Shown here piece by piece: positions 22,223-32,506 of a stretch of DNA of 64,000 nt. Position 1 is the first letter of the stretch. Each line of letters opens with the position of its first letter. The DNA is from Bryobacterales bacterium. Its GTDB lineage: Bacteria; Acidobacteriota; Terriglobia; Bryobacterales; UBA6623. The notes under the pieces were generated by a model. It did no database searches, was not told the DNA's origin, and saw nothing but the letters and a program-made list of their open reading frames with translations. Made by a program: the position numbers and the translations under genes. The stretch spans positions 474,281 through 538,280 of the forward strand of contig CBDEGU010000011.1 in the NCBI GenBank assembly GCA_965238045.1, given 5' to 3'.

Positions 22223-22843
22223 ATGGAGCGAGCCACGCTCGTTCGGAGAGGATTTCTGCTCGAAGTTTTCACCGTCACTTGGAACATCTTCGAAGGAGTG
22301 ATCGCGATCGCCGCGGGCGTCATGGCCGGTTCGACCGCCCTGACTGGTTTCGGAATGGATTCTCTGGTCGAGACCGCCAGCGGCTGGGTGGTCGGCCGCC
22401 GGATGTACCTGGAAATGAAAAGTCGCGGCAAAGAGAATATCGAAGAGTTGGAGCGCGGAACCGCCCGGTTGGCCGGGGCACTGCTGCTGTTGCTGGCGGG
22501 CTACCTTAGTATCGATGGCGTCCGGCGGCTGCTGGGATTCGGAGCGCGAGCCGAGGAGAGCTTGATCGGGATCGTGCTCACCGTTCTATCGCTGGCGGTG
22601 ATGCCGATTCTCGGGCGAGCGAAGCTGCGTACGGCGGCACAACTCGGCAGCGGGGCGTTGCGCGCCGACGCCTACGAGACCATCACCTGCGCCTGGCTGC
22701 CGCTGACGACGTTAGCGGGACTGCTTCTGAACGCCGCCTTCGGCTGGTGGTGGGCCGATCCGGCCGCGGCGCTGGTTCTAGTGCCGCTCATCGTAAAGGA
22801 AGGCCCCGAAGGCTGGCGCGGCGAGCACTGCGGCTGCCACTAA
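22223..22843 (+). CDS. Cation efflux (CDF/TMEM163-like) transporter
   Basis: WNIFEG.IAI.AG, GFGMDS.VE, ALRADA, GWWWADP. Confidence 0.85.
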   Translation: MERATLVRRGFLLEVFTVTWNIFEGVIAIAAGVMAGSTALTGFGMDSLVETASGWVVGRRMYLEMKSRGKENIEELERGTARLAGALLLLLAGYLSIDGVRRLLGFGARAEESLIGIVLTVLSLAVMPILGRAKLRTAAQLGSGALRADAYETITCAWLPLTTLAGLLLNAAFGWWWADPAAALVLVPLIVKEGPEGWRGEHCGCH

Positions 22844-22858
22844 GCCGCCTTGCCGCCA

Positions 22859-24343
22859 CTAACCGCCCTTGGCGAAGCAGTAGAGTCCCCAGTCGGTTCG
22901 GATGTAGAGTTTGCTGTCTGCGACCGCCGGCGTGGCGTAGGCGTTATGGCCGAGGTCGTTTGTCCGCAGAACTTCCCAGTCCGGCCCCGGTTTGAGGACC
23001 GAGACTTTGCCGGCTTCGCTCATGGTGTAGATTTTGCCGTCGGCGGCAATCGGCGCGGAGAAGTACTTATCCATGGCCTCTCGCAGACGGCCCTGTTTGA
23101 GCACCGCTCCGGTTTCGGCATCGAGTGCGGTAAAGATGCCACCGTCCTTGAGCAGGTAGAGTACGCCCTGATAGAGCAGAGGCGAGGGCACGTTGGGCAG
23201 GGTCTTGTAATAGCGCCACTTGAAGGCGCCTTCGGTCATGTCGCCCTTGCCTCCCAGACGAATGGCGCTGACTGCGTTCACCGAAGCACGTTTCGCCCGG
23301 TAGTGATACCAATCGCGTTCCGCCATGAAGCCGTCGCGGTCGAGATCGTAACTGTCCCAACTCTTGGCCATCTGAGGATCGGGCGCTTCCTCGGGTGAAA
23401 GTTTTCCGTCACCGTCGGCGTCGTGGAGCTTGAGTCCTTCCTCGAACGAGGGTACCTTCCGCTGCTGTCCCAGGTCGGCGGCGCCGGCCCAGCCCAGAAC
23501 GTAGATCGTGTCCTCGTCCATGACCGGAGTCGGTTTCAACTGCCACGTCAAACCGCGAACCCACCAAATTTTTTCGCCCGTGGCGACCGCATAAGCGTTG
23601 AGCTGATAGGAGCCGGCGATGAGGAACTGCGCCGGACCGCCGTCTTTCGGCTGATAGAGGACGGGCGTCGAAAAACCTCGCGCAACCATGGGACGCTCAT
23701 GACGCCAGACGATCCTGCCGGTATCCTTGTCGGCGGCGAGCATGAACGAACCGCTTTCCGAGTCGCAGACAAGAATCACCTTGCCATCAACGACGATGGG
23801 AGAAGCCCCCATGCCCATGGGGTTGTTGAACGGACCGAGCGGAATGCGCCACAACTCATTGCCGTCGGGGCCGTAGGCGAGCATGCCAAAATCCTGAAAG
23901 AAGACGTAGGCGTTGCGTCCGTCGGTCGCCGCGCTGGGCGAAGCCGGCCCGTTGGTGTCATGGAGATGGCCCTCGCGTTCGCGCGTGACCTCGCGGCGCC
24001 AGCGGATGCGCCCGGTCTGGCGATCGAGGGAGAAGGTGAACAGGCTCGTGCCGCTCCAGGCGGTGAGAAAGATCGCGTCGTCGCCGAAGACCGGGGAGGA
24101 ATGTCCCTTGGGCAGTTTGGTTTTCCAGACAACGTTGCTGTCGGCGCCGAACTCGACGGGAAGGTTCTTGTCGCTGGCCACGCCCGAGCCGTTAGGGCCA
24201 CGGAAGCGAGACCAGTCCGCCCCCGAAACGAGACAAGCGCTGAGAAGCAACACAGGCGCAGCGTGAAACAGTTTCAAAACGTCCTCCCGACTCAAACGAA
24301 TATAGCGCAAACAAGCCGGTGGGCACATCCGGAGCCAGTACAT
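22859..24343 (-). CDS. PQQ-binding-like beta-propeller protein with EF-hand-like insert; start uncertain
   Basis: DWSRFRGPNGSG, GHSSPV, repeated GxxxW blades; DADGDGKLS and DLDRDG loops. Confidence 0.85.
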   Translation of the reverse strand: MYWLRMCPPACLRYIRLSREDVLKLFHAAPVLLLSACLVSGADWSRFRGPNGSGVASDKNLPVEFGADSNVVWKTKLPKGHSSPVFGDDAIFLTAWSGTSLFTFSLDRQTGRIRWRREVTREREGHLHDTNGPASPSAATDGRNAYVFFQDFGMLAYGPDGNELWRIPLGPFNNPMGMGASPIVVDGKVILVCDSESGSFMLAADKDTGRIVWRHERPMVARGFSTPVLYQPKDGGPAQFLIAGSYQLNAYAVATGEKIWWVRGLTWQLKPTPVMDEDTIYVLGWAGAADLGQQRKVPSFEEGLKLHDADGDGKLSPEEAPDPQMAKSWDSYDLDRDGFMAERDWYHYRAKRASVNAVSAIRLGGKGDMTEGAFKWRYYKTLPNVPSPLLYQGVLYLLKDGGIFTALDAETGAVLKQGRLREAMDKYFSAPIAADGKIYTMSEAGKVSVLKPGPDWEVLRTNDLGHNAYATPAVADSKLYIRTDWGLYCFAKGG

Positions 24344-24444
24344 TCGGGGTCAGAAAACGCCAGGCGCGGCAACTCCTGGTCGTGGTAGTGCGAGGCAAGG
24401 AAATCCATCACAGCCTGCTTGGGTGGGAACGAACCAGCCGTTGT

Positions 24445-25476
24445 TTACGATCCGGCTAGAACAGCCTGAAGGAATCGAAGCGCCTCAACCTCGGCCCAGA
24501 AGCGAGGGGCGGCCTTGGCCAGAAACGCTACGTGACCGCCATGGGGCGTGCGGATCAATTGCAGGTTGGGATTCTGATCGAAGACGGGATCGTCGTAGGT
24601 CTGGGCGGGGATGAACGGATCGTCATCGGCTTGCAAGAGCAGAGCGGGAACGCGAACCTTGGCCAGATAAGCGGCCGAGGAGCAACGCGCGTAGTAATCC
24701 TCGGCGTCACGGAAGCCGAAGGCCGGAGCGGTGATGCGGTCGTCGAATTCGTAGATGGAACGGATACGATCGCGGGTCAGCCGGCCGAAGAGTTCGGGCA
24801 TGAGGCGGCGCTTGGTTTCCAGCGTTCTCAGCAACACCCGCAGAAAACGCACTTCGTAAATCCGGTTGCGGGCCTCGCCCAGGCGGCGGGCGCAGGCGCC
24901 GAGCTGGACCGGCACCGAGATACCGCAGACGGCCTTGACGTGGCGCGGGAAGTCTTCCGCCCACTCGCCGGCCAGCTTCAGCACGATATTGCCTCCCATC
25001 GAAAAGCCGGCGATGAGCAGCGGCCGGGGGGCGAGTTGTTCGACAATCCGGCGGAGGTCGACCGTCAACCCGGAGTGATACAGAGTGGGCGAGTCACGCT
25101 CGGTGCCTCCGCAATTGCGAACATTGAGCCGGATCACGCCGAGACCCGCTTCGAGGGCGCGCTGCGTGATGCGGCGCATATAGGGAGCGTGGCTCGAAGC
25201 GGCCAGGCCGTGGACGGCGAGCAGTGTGGCGGGAGGGGCCGAGTCTGGGCCGGGGTTAGAGTCCGGGCCGGCCGGGCGGTTTTCATGCGCCAGGATCTTG
25301 ACGCCCGGCTCGGTGGGAAACCAGCGTTCGGCGGTCGGGAAGCGGGCTTCGTCCAGAGGCGAGGGCCAATAGCGGGCGAGGATGGTTTGCGCGTGAGGGT
25401 TCGACAGCAGTGGGCTGTAGGGGCTTGGACGGAACGGCGAGGCGTCCTCCGCGGGGCGCAGTGGCGGGACAGGCAC
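24445..25476 (-). CDS. YheT-family alpha/beta hydrolase
   Basis: NPHAQTI, VHGL, RNCGG, YHSG, GFSMGG, DDPFI, GGHVAF. Confidence 0.9.
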   Translation of the reverse strand: MPVPPLRPAEDASPFRPSPYSPLLSNPHAQTILARYWPSPLDEARFPTAERWFPTEPGVKILAHENRPAGPDSNPGPDSAPPATLLAVHGLAASSHAPYMRRITQRALEAGLGVIRLNVRNCGGTERDSPTLYHSGLTVDLRRIVEQLAPRPLLIAGFSMGGNIVLKLAGEWAEDFPRHVKAVCGISVPVQLGACARRLGEARNRIYEVRFLRVLLRTLETKRRLMPELFGRLTRDRIRSIYEFDDRITAPAFGFRDAEDYYARCSSAAYLAKVRVPALLLQADDDPFIPAQTYDDPVFDQNPNLQLIRTPHGGHVAFLAKAAPRFWAEVEALRFLQAVLAGS

Positions 25477-25528
25477 GGGCTGTTAGGACGGGAGACGCCA
25501 GGGATTGCTCAAGGCCGCAGGCCGCGGA

Positions 25529-26056
25529 CTAGCTGGTCTTGCCGCCCTCTTTGAGAAGCTTCTCGAGTTCGGAGCGAATGCCGGCGGCCGAGCCTTTAAA
25601 GATGGCATCGCCCCCGGGATGCTCGTAGCGGATCTGGCCGTTGCGGTCAATAAAGAACATGTAGGGCACGTAGAACTTCGCCATCACTGACAAACCGGCG
25701 AAGCGGTTGCATTCAAAGCGGCTCACCGCGGCCAGAGGGAACTCGGCCTGGTAGGTCTCCTTAAACGCGGCCAGAGCGGTGGGCGCTGACTTGTTGATCG
25801 CCAGCCCGACGATTTCGAGTCCGCGCGGCTTGAGGTCTGAATAGACCGGGCCAAGAAGTTTCGTCGTCTCCTGGCAGTGCGGGCAGGTGGTCATAAAGAA
25901 CATAACCGCGACGACCTTGCCCTTGAGGTCGGCCAGGCTCATGGCCTTGCCTTCCATCGTCGTAAACTTCAGCGACGGCGCCGGGCGAGGAATGTCGCCG
26001 GCGGACAAAACGCTGGCGGCGAGAAGTGTAAATACAGCAGTATTTAGAATTCGCAT
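25529..26056 (-). CDS. TlpA-like thioredoxin-fold protein
   Basis: Signal peptide, LADLKGKVV, TCPHC, FIDRNGQI. Confidence 0.85.
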   Translation of the reverse strand: MRILNTAVFTLLAASVLSAGDIPRPAPSLKFTTMEGKAMSLADLKGKVVAVMFFMTTCPHCQETTKLLGPVYSDLKPRGLEIVGLAINKSAPTALAAFKETYQAEFPLAAVSRFECNRFAGLSVMAKFYVPYMFFIDRNGQIRYEHPGGDAIFKGSAAGIRSELEKLLKEGGKTS

Positions 26057-26064
26057 TGTGACGT

Positions 26065-26129
26065 TACTCTTTCGTCCTACTCTTTCGTCCCAGTCTTTCA
26101 CCCCACTCTTTCATCCCACTCTTTCATCT
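26065..26129. repeat. 13-bp tandem repeat x5
   Basis: tactctttcgtcc x2, cagtctttcaccc, cactctttcatcc, cactctttcatct. Confidence 0.8.
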
Positions 26130-26144
26130 TCGAGATGGGCTGCG

Positions 26145-27581
26145 TCAGGTCCCGGCGTGCTGCTTCAGACCCTTCAATGTATCATTCGGGATTCCTTCGA
26201 CGCTAGTTACGGTCACGCCGCGGAGGCTGAGGCGAAACCGGCCGGTCTCGCTTCGCCCGGTGGCCCGGTTGCCGGTCTCGATATCGAACTCGGCGTGCTT
26301 CCACTTTTTCTGGCAGACCTGCTTGTAGAGATCGAAATAGCGTGCGGCGTCCTCGGGCTTCTCCCATTGGACGGCGTAGAACAAAACCGCTTGTTTTGTC
26401 TTGCGGTTTTCCAAAATCTTATACTGTCCGCCGCGCCAATGGGGCGCGAGATCGCCGGCAAGAGTTTCGCCGAGATATTGCTTGAGCAAGATATAGTGGT
26501 CGAGCTGGCCGATTTCACCTTCGTGGATCTTCTTGAACCGCCGGGGGAGTTTCACTTTCGGCAGCGGCGGGTGAGCGGGTTTTCGTCCCTCGAAATAGGT
26601 CTCCGGATCGAGGATGTGCTGGGAACTCACTGGCGGATTGCGAAAGATTTCGGCGAAGCCGCTCTGTCCTTTCTTATCGATCACCGCCTGCTGGAAGAGC
26701 AAACCCTTGGTGTAGGGAAACAGCATCGACTCGCGCAGAAATAGCGGCGAGGCGGCAAAAACCGGAAACTGGCTGGCTTCGATACGCGAGGCGCTGGCCG
26801 CGAGGACGGCGATGAGACGGTTCCCGATCATCGTGCGCCCGGATTGCCGCAGCACATGCTCGGTCATGAGCCATGAGGCCTGCCCCTCCATGACGGCCGC
26901 GCGCGCGATGTCGGCCTCGGAGCTCTTGGATTGCTTGACGAATCGCCGCAAGTTGAAGTGCTGGTCGGCGAGCGCGTGGGCGAGTTCATGCACGACGGCG
27001 AACTCCAGCATGTCGTCGGGCGTCCAGCCGGCGACGTAAAGACGGCGTGTCTTGAAGTCGTAGATCGCGGTGGCTTGTTCGGTGAGCACATCGACGATCT
27101 CGCCCTTGAGGTCGAAGTCATCTTCGACGAAGCCGAACATTTTCAAGAACAGTTCCTCGCGGCGCAGTTCCTCGGGAGTCATTTCCTCGGCAAGGCGCGA
27201 TTCGAGAAGCGCGTGAATCTCCTCGCGGCTGATCAGCGATCGTGAGATCGGTTTGCGGGGCCGCAGTCCGGTGATCTCGGCGAGCGACGCCAGCATGGCA
27301 TCGACCTGGGAGAAGACGGCGGCTTCGCGCTCCGGAGTGATCGCCCCGGAAGTGGCAGCCTGGCCCGAAGCCGCATCGCTGCCTGAGGCGGCTCGTGCCG
27401 GGTCCGCGGCGGTGAGCAGAGCGACGACGGCCGCAAGGAGCCAGAACAGTAACTGGCCAGGGCGAGAGGCGCGGCGCACGGGAGACACTGCTGCAACAGA
27501 CGCCTCTCGAAGGCGAACCGTTCCCCCGGGACCTGTCTGCTCGGGGCTTGGCCCCAAACTGTTTGGCGACAATTCGGTCAC
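26145..27581 (-). CDS. Secreted putative zinc metallopeptidase; start uncertain
   Basis: VHELAHALADQHF (HExxH) and downstream AVMEGQA; FPY.KG..F. Confidence 0.7.
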   Translation of the reverse strand: MTELSPNSLGPSPEQTGPGGTVRLREASVAAVSPVRRASRPGQLLFWLLAAVVALLTAADPARAASGSDAASGQAATSGAITPEREAAVFSQVDAMLASLAEITGLRPRKPISRSLISREEIHALLESRLAEEMTPEELRREELFLKMFGFVEDDFDLKGEIVDVLTEQATAIYDFKTRRLYVAGWTPDDMLEFAVVHELAHALADQHFNLRRFVKQSKSSEADIARAAVMEGQASWLMTEHVLRQSGRTMIGNRLIAVLAASASRIEASQFPVFAASPLFLRESMLFPYTKGLLFQQAVIDKKGQSGFAEIFRNPPVSSQHILDPETYFEGRKPAHPPLPKVKLPRRFKKIHEGEIGQLDHYILLKQYLGETLAGDLAPHWRGGQYKILENRKTKQAVLFYAVQWEKPEDAARYFDLYKQVCQKKWKHAEFDIETGNRATGRSETGRFRLSLRGVTVTSVEGIPNDTLKGLKQHAGT

Positions 27582-27629
27582 AACAGCGAGAATATCAAAT
27601 GGCCCGCGGGGGAAGCACTCGCCCGGCCA

Positions 27630-27824
27630 AGCCCGCATTTCTCACCACGTGGCCCGGTGAAGCGGACGGGCGAAGTGCGTGAGAGAACCGTCAGCGGGAG
27701 GCGCGCGCCGCTTGACGAGCGCAGGCGTACTTGAGAGTACGTTGAGCACGGCGAGCAAGCGTAACGAAGTAACGGCGGGCCTGTCATGTGCTTCGGTCGT
27801 CAGGGGGTGAGAAATGCGGGCTAG
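27630..27824 (-). mobile_element. MITE copy 4 (with small internal hairpin insertion)
   Basis: agcccgcatttctcaccac ... ggtgagaaatgcgggctag; extra cccggtgaagcggacggg segment. Confidence 0.85.
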
Positions 27825-27837
27825 CCAGCTCTCGCTC

Positions 27838-28992
27838 TTAGCCGTGCGCTGCCACGACGTCCGCGTTCAGTTCGATGCCCAGGCCCGGACGATCCGATAG
27901 CGGCAGGCATCCGTTTTCGAACCGCTCGGGCGGCACGACGAGTTGAGAACGCCACTCGGCTTCACCCCAGGCGTATTCGAGAATCGAGAAGTTGGGCAGT
28001 CCGGCGGCGAGCTGCGCGCTGGCGGTGGTCGCAACGGGTCCGCTGGGGTTGTGGGGCGAGAACTCGACGCCATGAGCTTCGGCCAGCGCGGCGATCTTCT
28101 TGCCTTCGAGGATGCCACCGCAATGTTTCACGTCGGGCATGATGATATCGACGGCGCGATTTCGGCAGAGCGGTTCGAATCCCCCGGCGCCGAAGAGGAT
28201 CTCGCCGCCCGCCAGGCGCTGTGAGATGGCGTCGTGGATCGATTTCGTTTCTTCGATCTGTTCCGGATCGACGGGCTCTTCATACCAGGCCAGATCGAGC
28301 GGCTCGAGTTCGCGGGCGATCCGGATGGCGCGCTCGCTCTCAAAGCGGCTGTGACAATCGATCATCAGCTTGATTCGCGGACCGACGGCGCGGCGAATAG
28401 CCTCAATGCGCCGCAGGCCGAGCGCCTCGAGCCGGTCGAGTTCAGCAGGCTCGGAATCGAGGGGCGGGAAATCGTCGAAGGGTGCGGCCTTGATGGCCAC
28501 AAACCCCTCGGTGGCTGCCTCGGTGGCCCGGCGGGCGAAGTCTTCGGGCGAACGCTCGTGTACGGCGCGGTTGATATTGGCGTAGACCGGGATGGTGTCG
28601 CGCAGCTTGCCTCCCAGCAAGTTGTAGACGGGAACATCGAGCGCTTTTCCGGCCAGGTCCCACATGGCCTGTTCGATGGCGCTGAAGGCGGTGACATGAA
28701 GCAGGCCGCCACGCCTGGCGTGGGTCCAGGCCGCTTCCCGAAAGGCCTCGACATCAAACGGCAGCCGCCCTTCGACGAGTGGGAACAGCGCCTCGATCGC
28801 CGACCGCATGCGGGCGTCGTCGCGGCCGGAGGCGCGCGTGAAACCGGCGCCGTGAGAAGCTTCCCCCAAGCCCGAGAGCGAACCGCCGGCTTGCAGGCGA
28901 ACGAAAGTCCAGTTGCCGCGAGGGCTCACGCGCACCCGGATGACTTCTAGGCCGCTGATTTTCAGCGAGCCGTCTCTGGCTGAGTGTTCCAT
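27838..28992 (-). CDS. Mandelate racemase/enolase-family enzyme (galactonate dehydratase-like)
   Basis: SAIEQAMWDLAGK, MIDCH, WYEEP, AGGE, PDVKHCGG, PHNPSGP. Confidence 0.88.
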   Translation of the reverse strand: MEHSARDGSLKISGLEVIRVRVSPRGNWTFVRLQAGGSLSGLGEASHGAGFTRASGRDDARMRSAIEALFPLVEGRLPFDVEAFREAAWTHARRGGLLHVTAFSAIEQAMWDLAGKALDVPVYNLLGGKLRDTIPVYANINRAVHERSPEDFARRATEAATEGFVAIKAAPFDDFPPLDSEPAELDRLEALGLRRIEAIRRAVGPRIKLMIDCHSRFESERAIRIARELEPLDLAWYEEPVDPEQIEETKSIHDAISQRLAGGEILFGAGGFEPLCRNRAVDIIMPDVKHCGGILEGKKIAALAEAHGVEFSPHNPSGPVATTASAQLAAGLPNFSILEYAWGEAEWRSQLVVPPERFENGCLPLSDRPGLGIELNADVVAAHG

Positions 28993-29068
28993 TCCTAGTT
29001 CATTTTGACCGCGGGAGCCGGGACAAGCCGGGACGGACGGAGCACGGCGGCCGGGTTTCTGTTGGCGT

Positions 29069-30415
29069 TCAGTTAAAGATCAACTCGACTTCGACGGTGT
29101 GCTCGGCGTCGTTCTCGATGATCCGCCAGTTGGTCTTGGTGAGGTTGTCGAACATATGCTCCTGGCGGATGCGGTTGAGAAAAACCGCCGGGTAGGAGAG
29201 CTTGAATGGATCGCCGACCTTAAGCCCCCAGCGTTTCCTGACCGCCGCCTCGCCGATCGGATCGATTCCCTTGATCTGGAGGCGCTGGAACCGATAGAGG
29301 GCGCCGGGAGCGACCCGCAGAGCGATATCGACCGTCTTGGTCTTCCGGTCAACGGCTTGGCTCGATTCGGTGCGGACTTTGATGTAGCCGTTGGCTTTGA
29401 ACTGATCGCCTAGTTCGATGACCGCGGCTTCTACCAGACCCATGTTGGCGGTTTCCCCGGAAGAGAAGGTGATCAGTTTTCGCAGCTTTTCGGGTTCGAC
29501 GACGCCCGTCTCGGGGAGCTGGATTTTCCCAAATTTGTATTCTTCGCCTTCCTCAACGTGAATGGTCACGACCAGGCCCAGCGTCTCGGTATCAGGCTCG
29601 GTGCGGCAGGGGCAGAACTTGACGTCCAAATAGCCCCGCTCGGCAAACAGCGGCGCGACGTTGAACTTGAGAAGTTCCCGGAGCCGGTACTCGGAATAGG
29701 GAATGCCCATGGCGATGTTGTTGAACTTTTGCTGCAGTTCGAGCGGCGGGATGACGGTCGCGTTTTCGAATCTCGTGAAGGCGATATTCTGGATGGCTTC
29801 CTCGGGCTGGTAGACCATCTCGAACTGGCCGTTCTCGAGCGCGCGAATTTGTCCGCCGACCTTGCTTTCCTTGCCCTGCTGGGTCCAGTAAGTCTGCAAG
29901 GCGTTCCCGATACGGCGGGCCATGGCGCCGGTGGGAGGGACCTTGGGCGCGTAGAGCGGGATTTGTTCCCGAAGCAGTGCGTGCAGGGTACCGGCCGGAA
30001 CGCCGAAGCCTTCCAGGCGCACCGAGAATAGATCGGCGATTTCTTCGACGGTGAATGTGACGCTATAGCCATCTCCCCGCGGGCCGAAGCGGTACTGGAT
30101 ACTGTGGAACACGCCGGCGGCGTCGAGCTTGCGCGTCGCCTTCCGAAAATCGGCTTCGCTGACGGGTTGACCTATTTCCAGGCCCAGCACGGCGATGATC
30201 CGCTCGCGGGAAAAGTTCTCATTGCCGGTGATGCGGATTTCACGCAGCGGGTAGGCAGGCGAGGTTTTGACCGGGGACGGTTGCGGAGGTTTCGGATCGG
30301 AAGCCGCCGCTGGGGTCTGCGTCTCGGTTTGGGCCCCGGCGGAGGTTTGTGTGAGCCCGATGAGGCTGATCACAACAGACAAAAAAAACACTATCATGAG
30401 GTGCCGTGCGAGCAT
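29069..30415 (-). CDS. POTRA-domain-only periplasmic protein
   Basis: Signal peptide; repeated I.ITGN/LEGF...GY..V...V.EG POTRA units; no beta-barrel. Confidence 0.8.
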   Translation of the reverse strand: MLARHLMIVFFLSVVISLIGLTQTSAGAQTETQTPAAASDPKPPQPSPVKTSPAYPLREIRITGNENFSRERIIAVLGLEIGQPVSEADFRKATRKLDAAGVFHSIQYRFGPRGDGYSVTFTVEEIADLFSVRLEGFGVPAGTLHALLREQIPLYAPKVPPTGAMARRIGNALQTYWTQQGKESKVGGQIRALENGQFEMVYQPEEAIQNIAFTRFENATVIPPLELQQKFNNIAMGIPYSEYRLRELLKFNVAPLFAERGYLDVKFCPCRTEPDTETLGLVVTIHVEEGEEYKFGKIQLPETGVVEPEKLRKLITFSSGETANMGLVEAAVIELGDQFKANGYIKVRTESSQAVDRKTKTVDIALRVAPGALYRFQRLQIKGIDPIGEAAVRKRWGLKVGDPFKLSYPAVFLNRIRQEHMFDNLTKTNWRIIENDAEHTVEVELIFN

Positions 30416-30620
30416 TCAGTATGGCAGAGAATAGCGCCTGGCTATCGGGGCTCCGCCATCGGGCAGGCGTCATCGGATAGACGCGCCGCCGCCCGCCAGG
30501 GTTGCGGGAGCCATCGGCGCGGCCGCTCCCGGAAGAGCGCGGCCCGGCTAAGGCGGCCGGGCCTTCACAGGGTCATAAGACGGTAAAGTGCGACGCGACG
30601 GCCATGCGACAGCAGATTTC

Positions 30621-32411
30621 ATGAGCGACGTGCTAAGGCGGCTGAGATCCCATCTGGCCGAGAAGACAGTGGGGCGCGAGCTGACCGATTCGTTGCGGGA
30701 CGAGATCGCCGATTCGGCTCCTTCCGGGGGAGCGGAGTGGCAATTCTGCTTTCCTTCTCTGACCCGAGATCCGCAAGACGACCGGCGGCTCTTTCTGGCG
30801 GCGGATCAACTCGGCGAGCGAGGCGGGCCGAAGCTGCTGCTGTTCTCGGCCAGCCGCCCAGGCGAGGGCGAGAACGTGCGCGAAATCGAGGTGCGCAACT
30901 TCGCGCCAACGGACCGCGAGGCCGTTCGCGATTTCGCCACGCGCATCGAGCCCCGCTTTCTGCCGCGCCCGCAACGCGAGCGGCCCGCCGTCGCGGTGGG
31001 CAATCGCCATCCCGAAATTTCGCTCCCGGCTGCCTTCGAGGCCTTCGCCCAGATTTTCAAAGACAGCGGGGTGAACATGGCGAGCACGGTGCAGCTCTCG
31101 GCCACGCGCGAGATGACACTCGATGAAAATATCGCCGCGCGCAAGGGCGAGGACCCGACCCAGATCGGCCACACGATGGTATCGATCGAGCACCTCTATC
31201 ACACGGGTCTTTGGGCCGCCATCCGCGCGGGCCAGCGCGGCGGCTACACGGCCGAAGCCGATCATTTCATCATCAGCGGGTCAACGGCCGAAGAGATCGC
31301 CGCTTCGACCGAAGCGACGAAAGAGGCGATCCGCCGGGCGGCGGGCTACACGAAGTTCACGACCGATTCGTCCCGCTTGTTTCGTCTTCAGGCGGATACT
31401 CGCCATCCCAAGGCATGGGACAGCACGCGGGTGGATACGGAGTTCGCCGCCGCGCTGAGCGCGGAAGAGCAGGAATGGATTCTTGGGGAATTCGCACGCC
31501 CGATCGCGGTCGAGGGGACCGAGTACCGTTTCACGGCGGAGGAAGTCAAACGACTGTCTGTAAAATTCAGCGAAAGCTTAAAACTGAACGAAGAACTCTA
31601 CGATTTCATCCGGGAACAGAAGCAAGGAGGAGAGTTCGACTTCGAGCCCTCGATCGACGAGGCCAAAACGCTGACTACCGCGAAAGAGCTTTTCTTTTAC
31701 ATGCATTGGCTCAAGGAGCGGGGACGCCCGGCGAGCCTGGTGCCGCCCAATCTCGGATTCAAGAAACGTCAGGCCTATCCCGAAACGCTGGAGGCATTGA
31801 AGGAGTACACGGCGGGCAAGATGTGGCCGGAACTCGTGCCGGCGGTGGAAGAGAACTTCGGCGGAGACCCGATCCGGGAACTCGAAGCCCGGGTGGCCGA
31901 ACTCTCGCGCGTCGCGCGGCATTTCAACGGGACGCTCAGCATTCACTCGGGCAGCGGAAAGCAGTCCCGCGTCCTTTCGATGATCGGACGAGCGACCCGC
32001 GGACGCGTGAACTACAAAATTTCAGGCGAGTTGCAGCTTCAATTGCTGGACGTGCTCAGCGAGCAGCCGCCGGAAAGTCCCTGGCGGAAGATGTATGAGC
32101 GGATGGCCGATCGCTGCCGTGACTTCGCGGCGCAAGGGGCGTTCGGCGCCGAAAGCAAGCTTGCCGATATTTATCACGAGCGCGGGCTGGATTACTATTT
32201 GGGAGACGCCGCTCGGGGACGGGTGGACGGGAATCTCTTTCTTGTCTTTTGGATCGGAAATCTGGCCGGCAGCCGGGACCTCAAAGCGCCGGATGGAGAC
32301 CACCGGTTTTTCAAGGAAAAGATCGACGAACTGCCGGCGGAACTCCTTGCCGAGGTGCGGCGGCGGAACCGCGACTACATCGTCTGGCTGGCCCGGCATT
32401 TGCGGCCTTGA
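30621..32411 (+). CDS. Tagaturonate/fructuronate epimerase (UxaE) family protein
   Basis: EADH, FTTDSS, FDFEPSIDE, LSIHSGSGK match the UxaE family pattern. Confidence 0.72.
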   Translation: MSDVLRRLRSHLAEKTVGRELTDSLRDEIADSAPSGGAEWQFCFPSLTRDPQDDRRLFLAADQLGERGGPKLLLFSASRPGEGENVREIEVRNFAPTDREAVRDFATRIEPRFLPRPQRERPAVAVGNRHPEISLPAAFEAFAQIFKDSGVNMASTVQLSATREMTLDENIAARKGEDPTQIGHTMVSIEHLYHTGLWAAIRAGQRGGYTAEADHFIISGSTAEEIAASTEATKEAIRRAAGYTKFTTDSSRLFRLQADTRHPKAWDSTRVDTEFAAALSAEEQEWILGEFARPIAVEGTEYRFTAEEVKRLSVKFSESLKLNEELYDFIREQKQGGEFDFEPSIDEAKTLTTAKELFFYMHWLKERGRPASLVPPNLGFKKRQAYPETLEALKEYTAGKMWPELVPAVEENFGGDPIRELEARVAELSRVARHFNGTLSIHSGSGKQSRVLSMIGRATRGRVNYKISGELQLQLLDVLSEQPPESPWRKMYERMADRCRDFAAQGAFGAESKLADIYHERGLDYYLGDAARGRVDGNLFLVFWIGNLAGSRDLKAPDGDHRFFKEKIDELPAELLAEVRRRNRDYIVWLARHLRP

Positions 32412-32506
32412 TGGGAACCGGAATCCTTTGCGCCGGGATGGTCCCGGGCGCCGTGAAGCCGGCGATCTCATCGAGTCCCGCGCCGCGGGCGGACCAGGAC
32501 CCAGAG

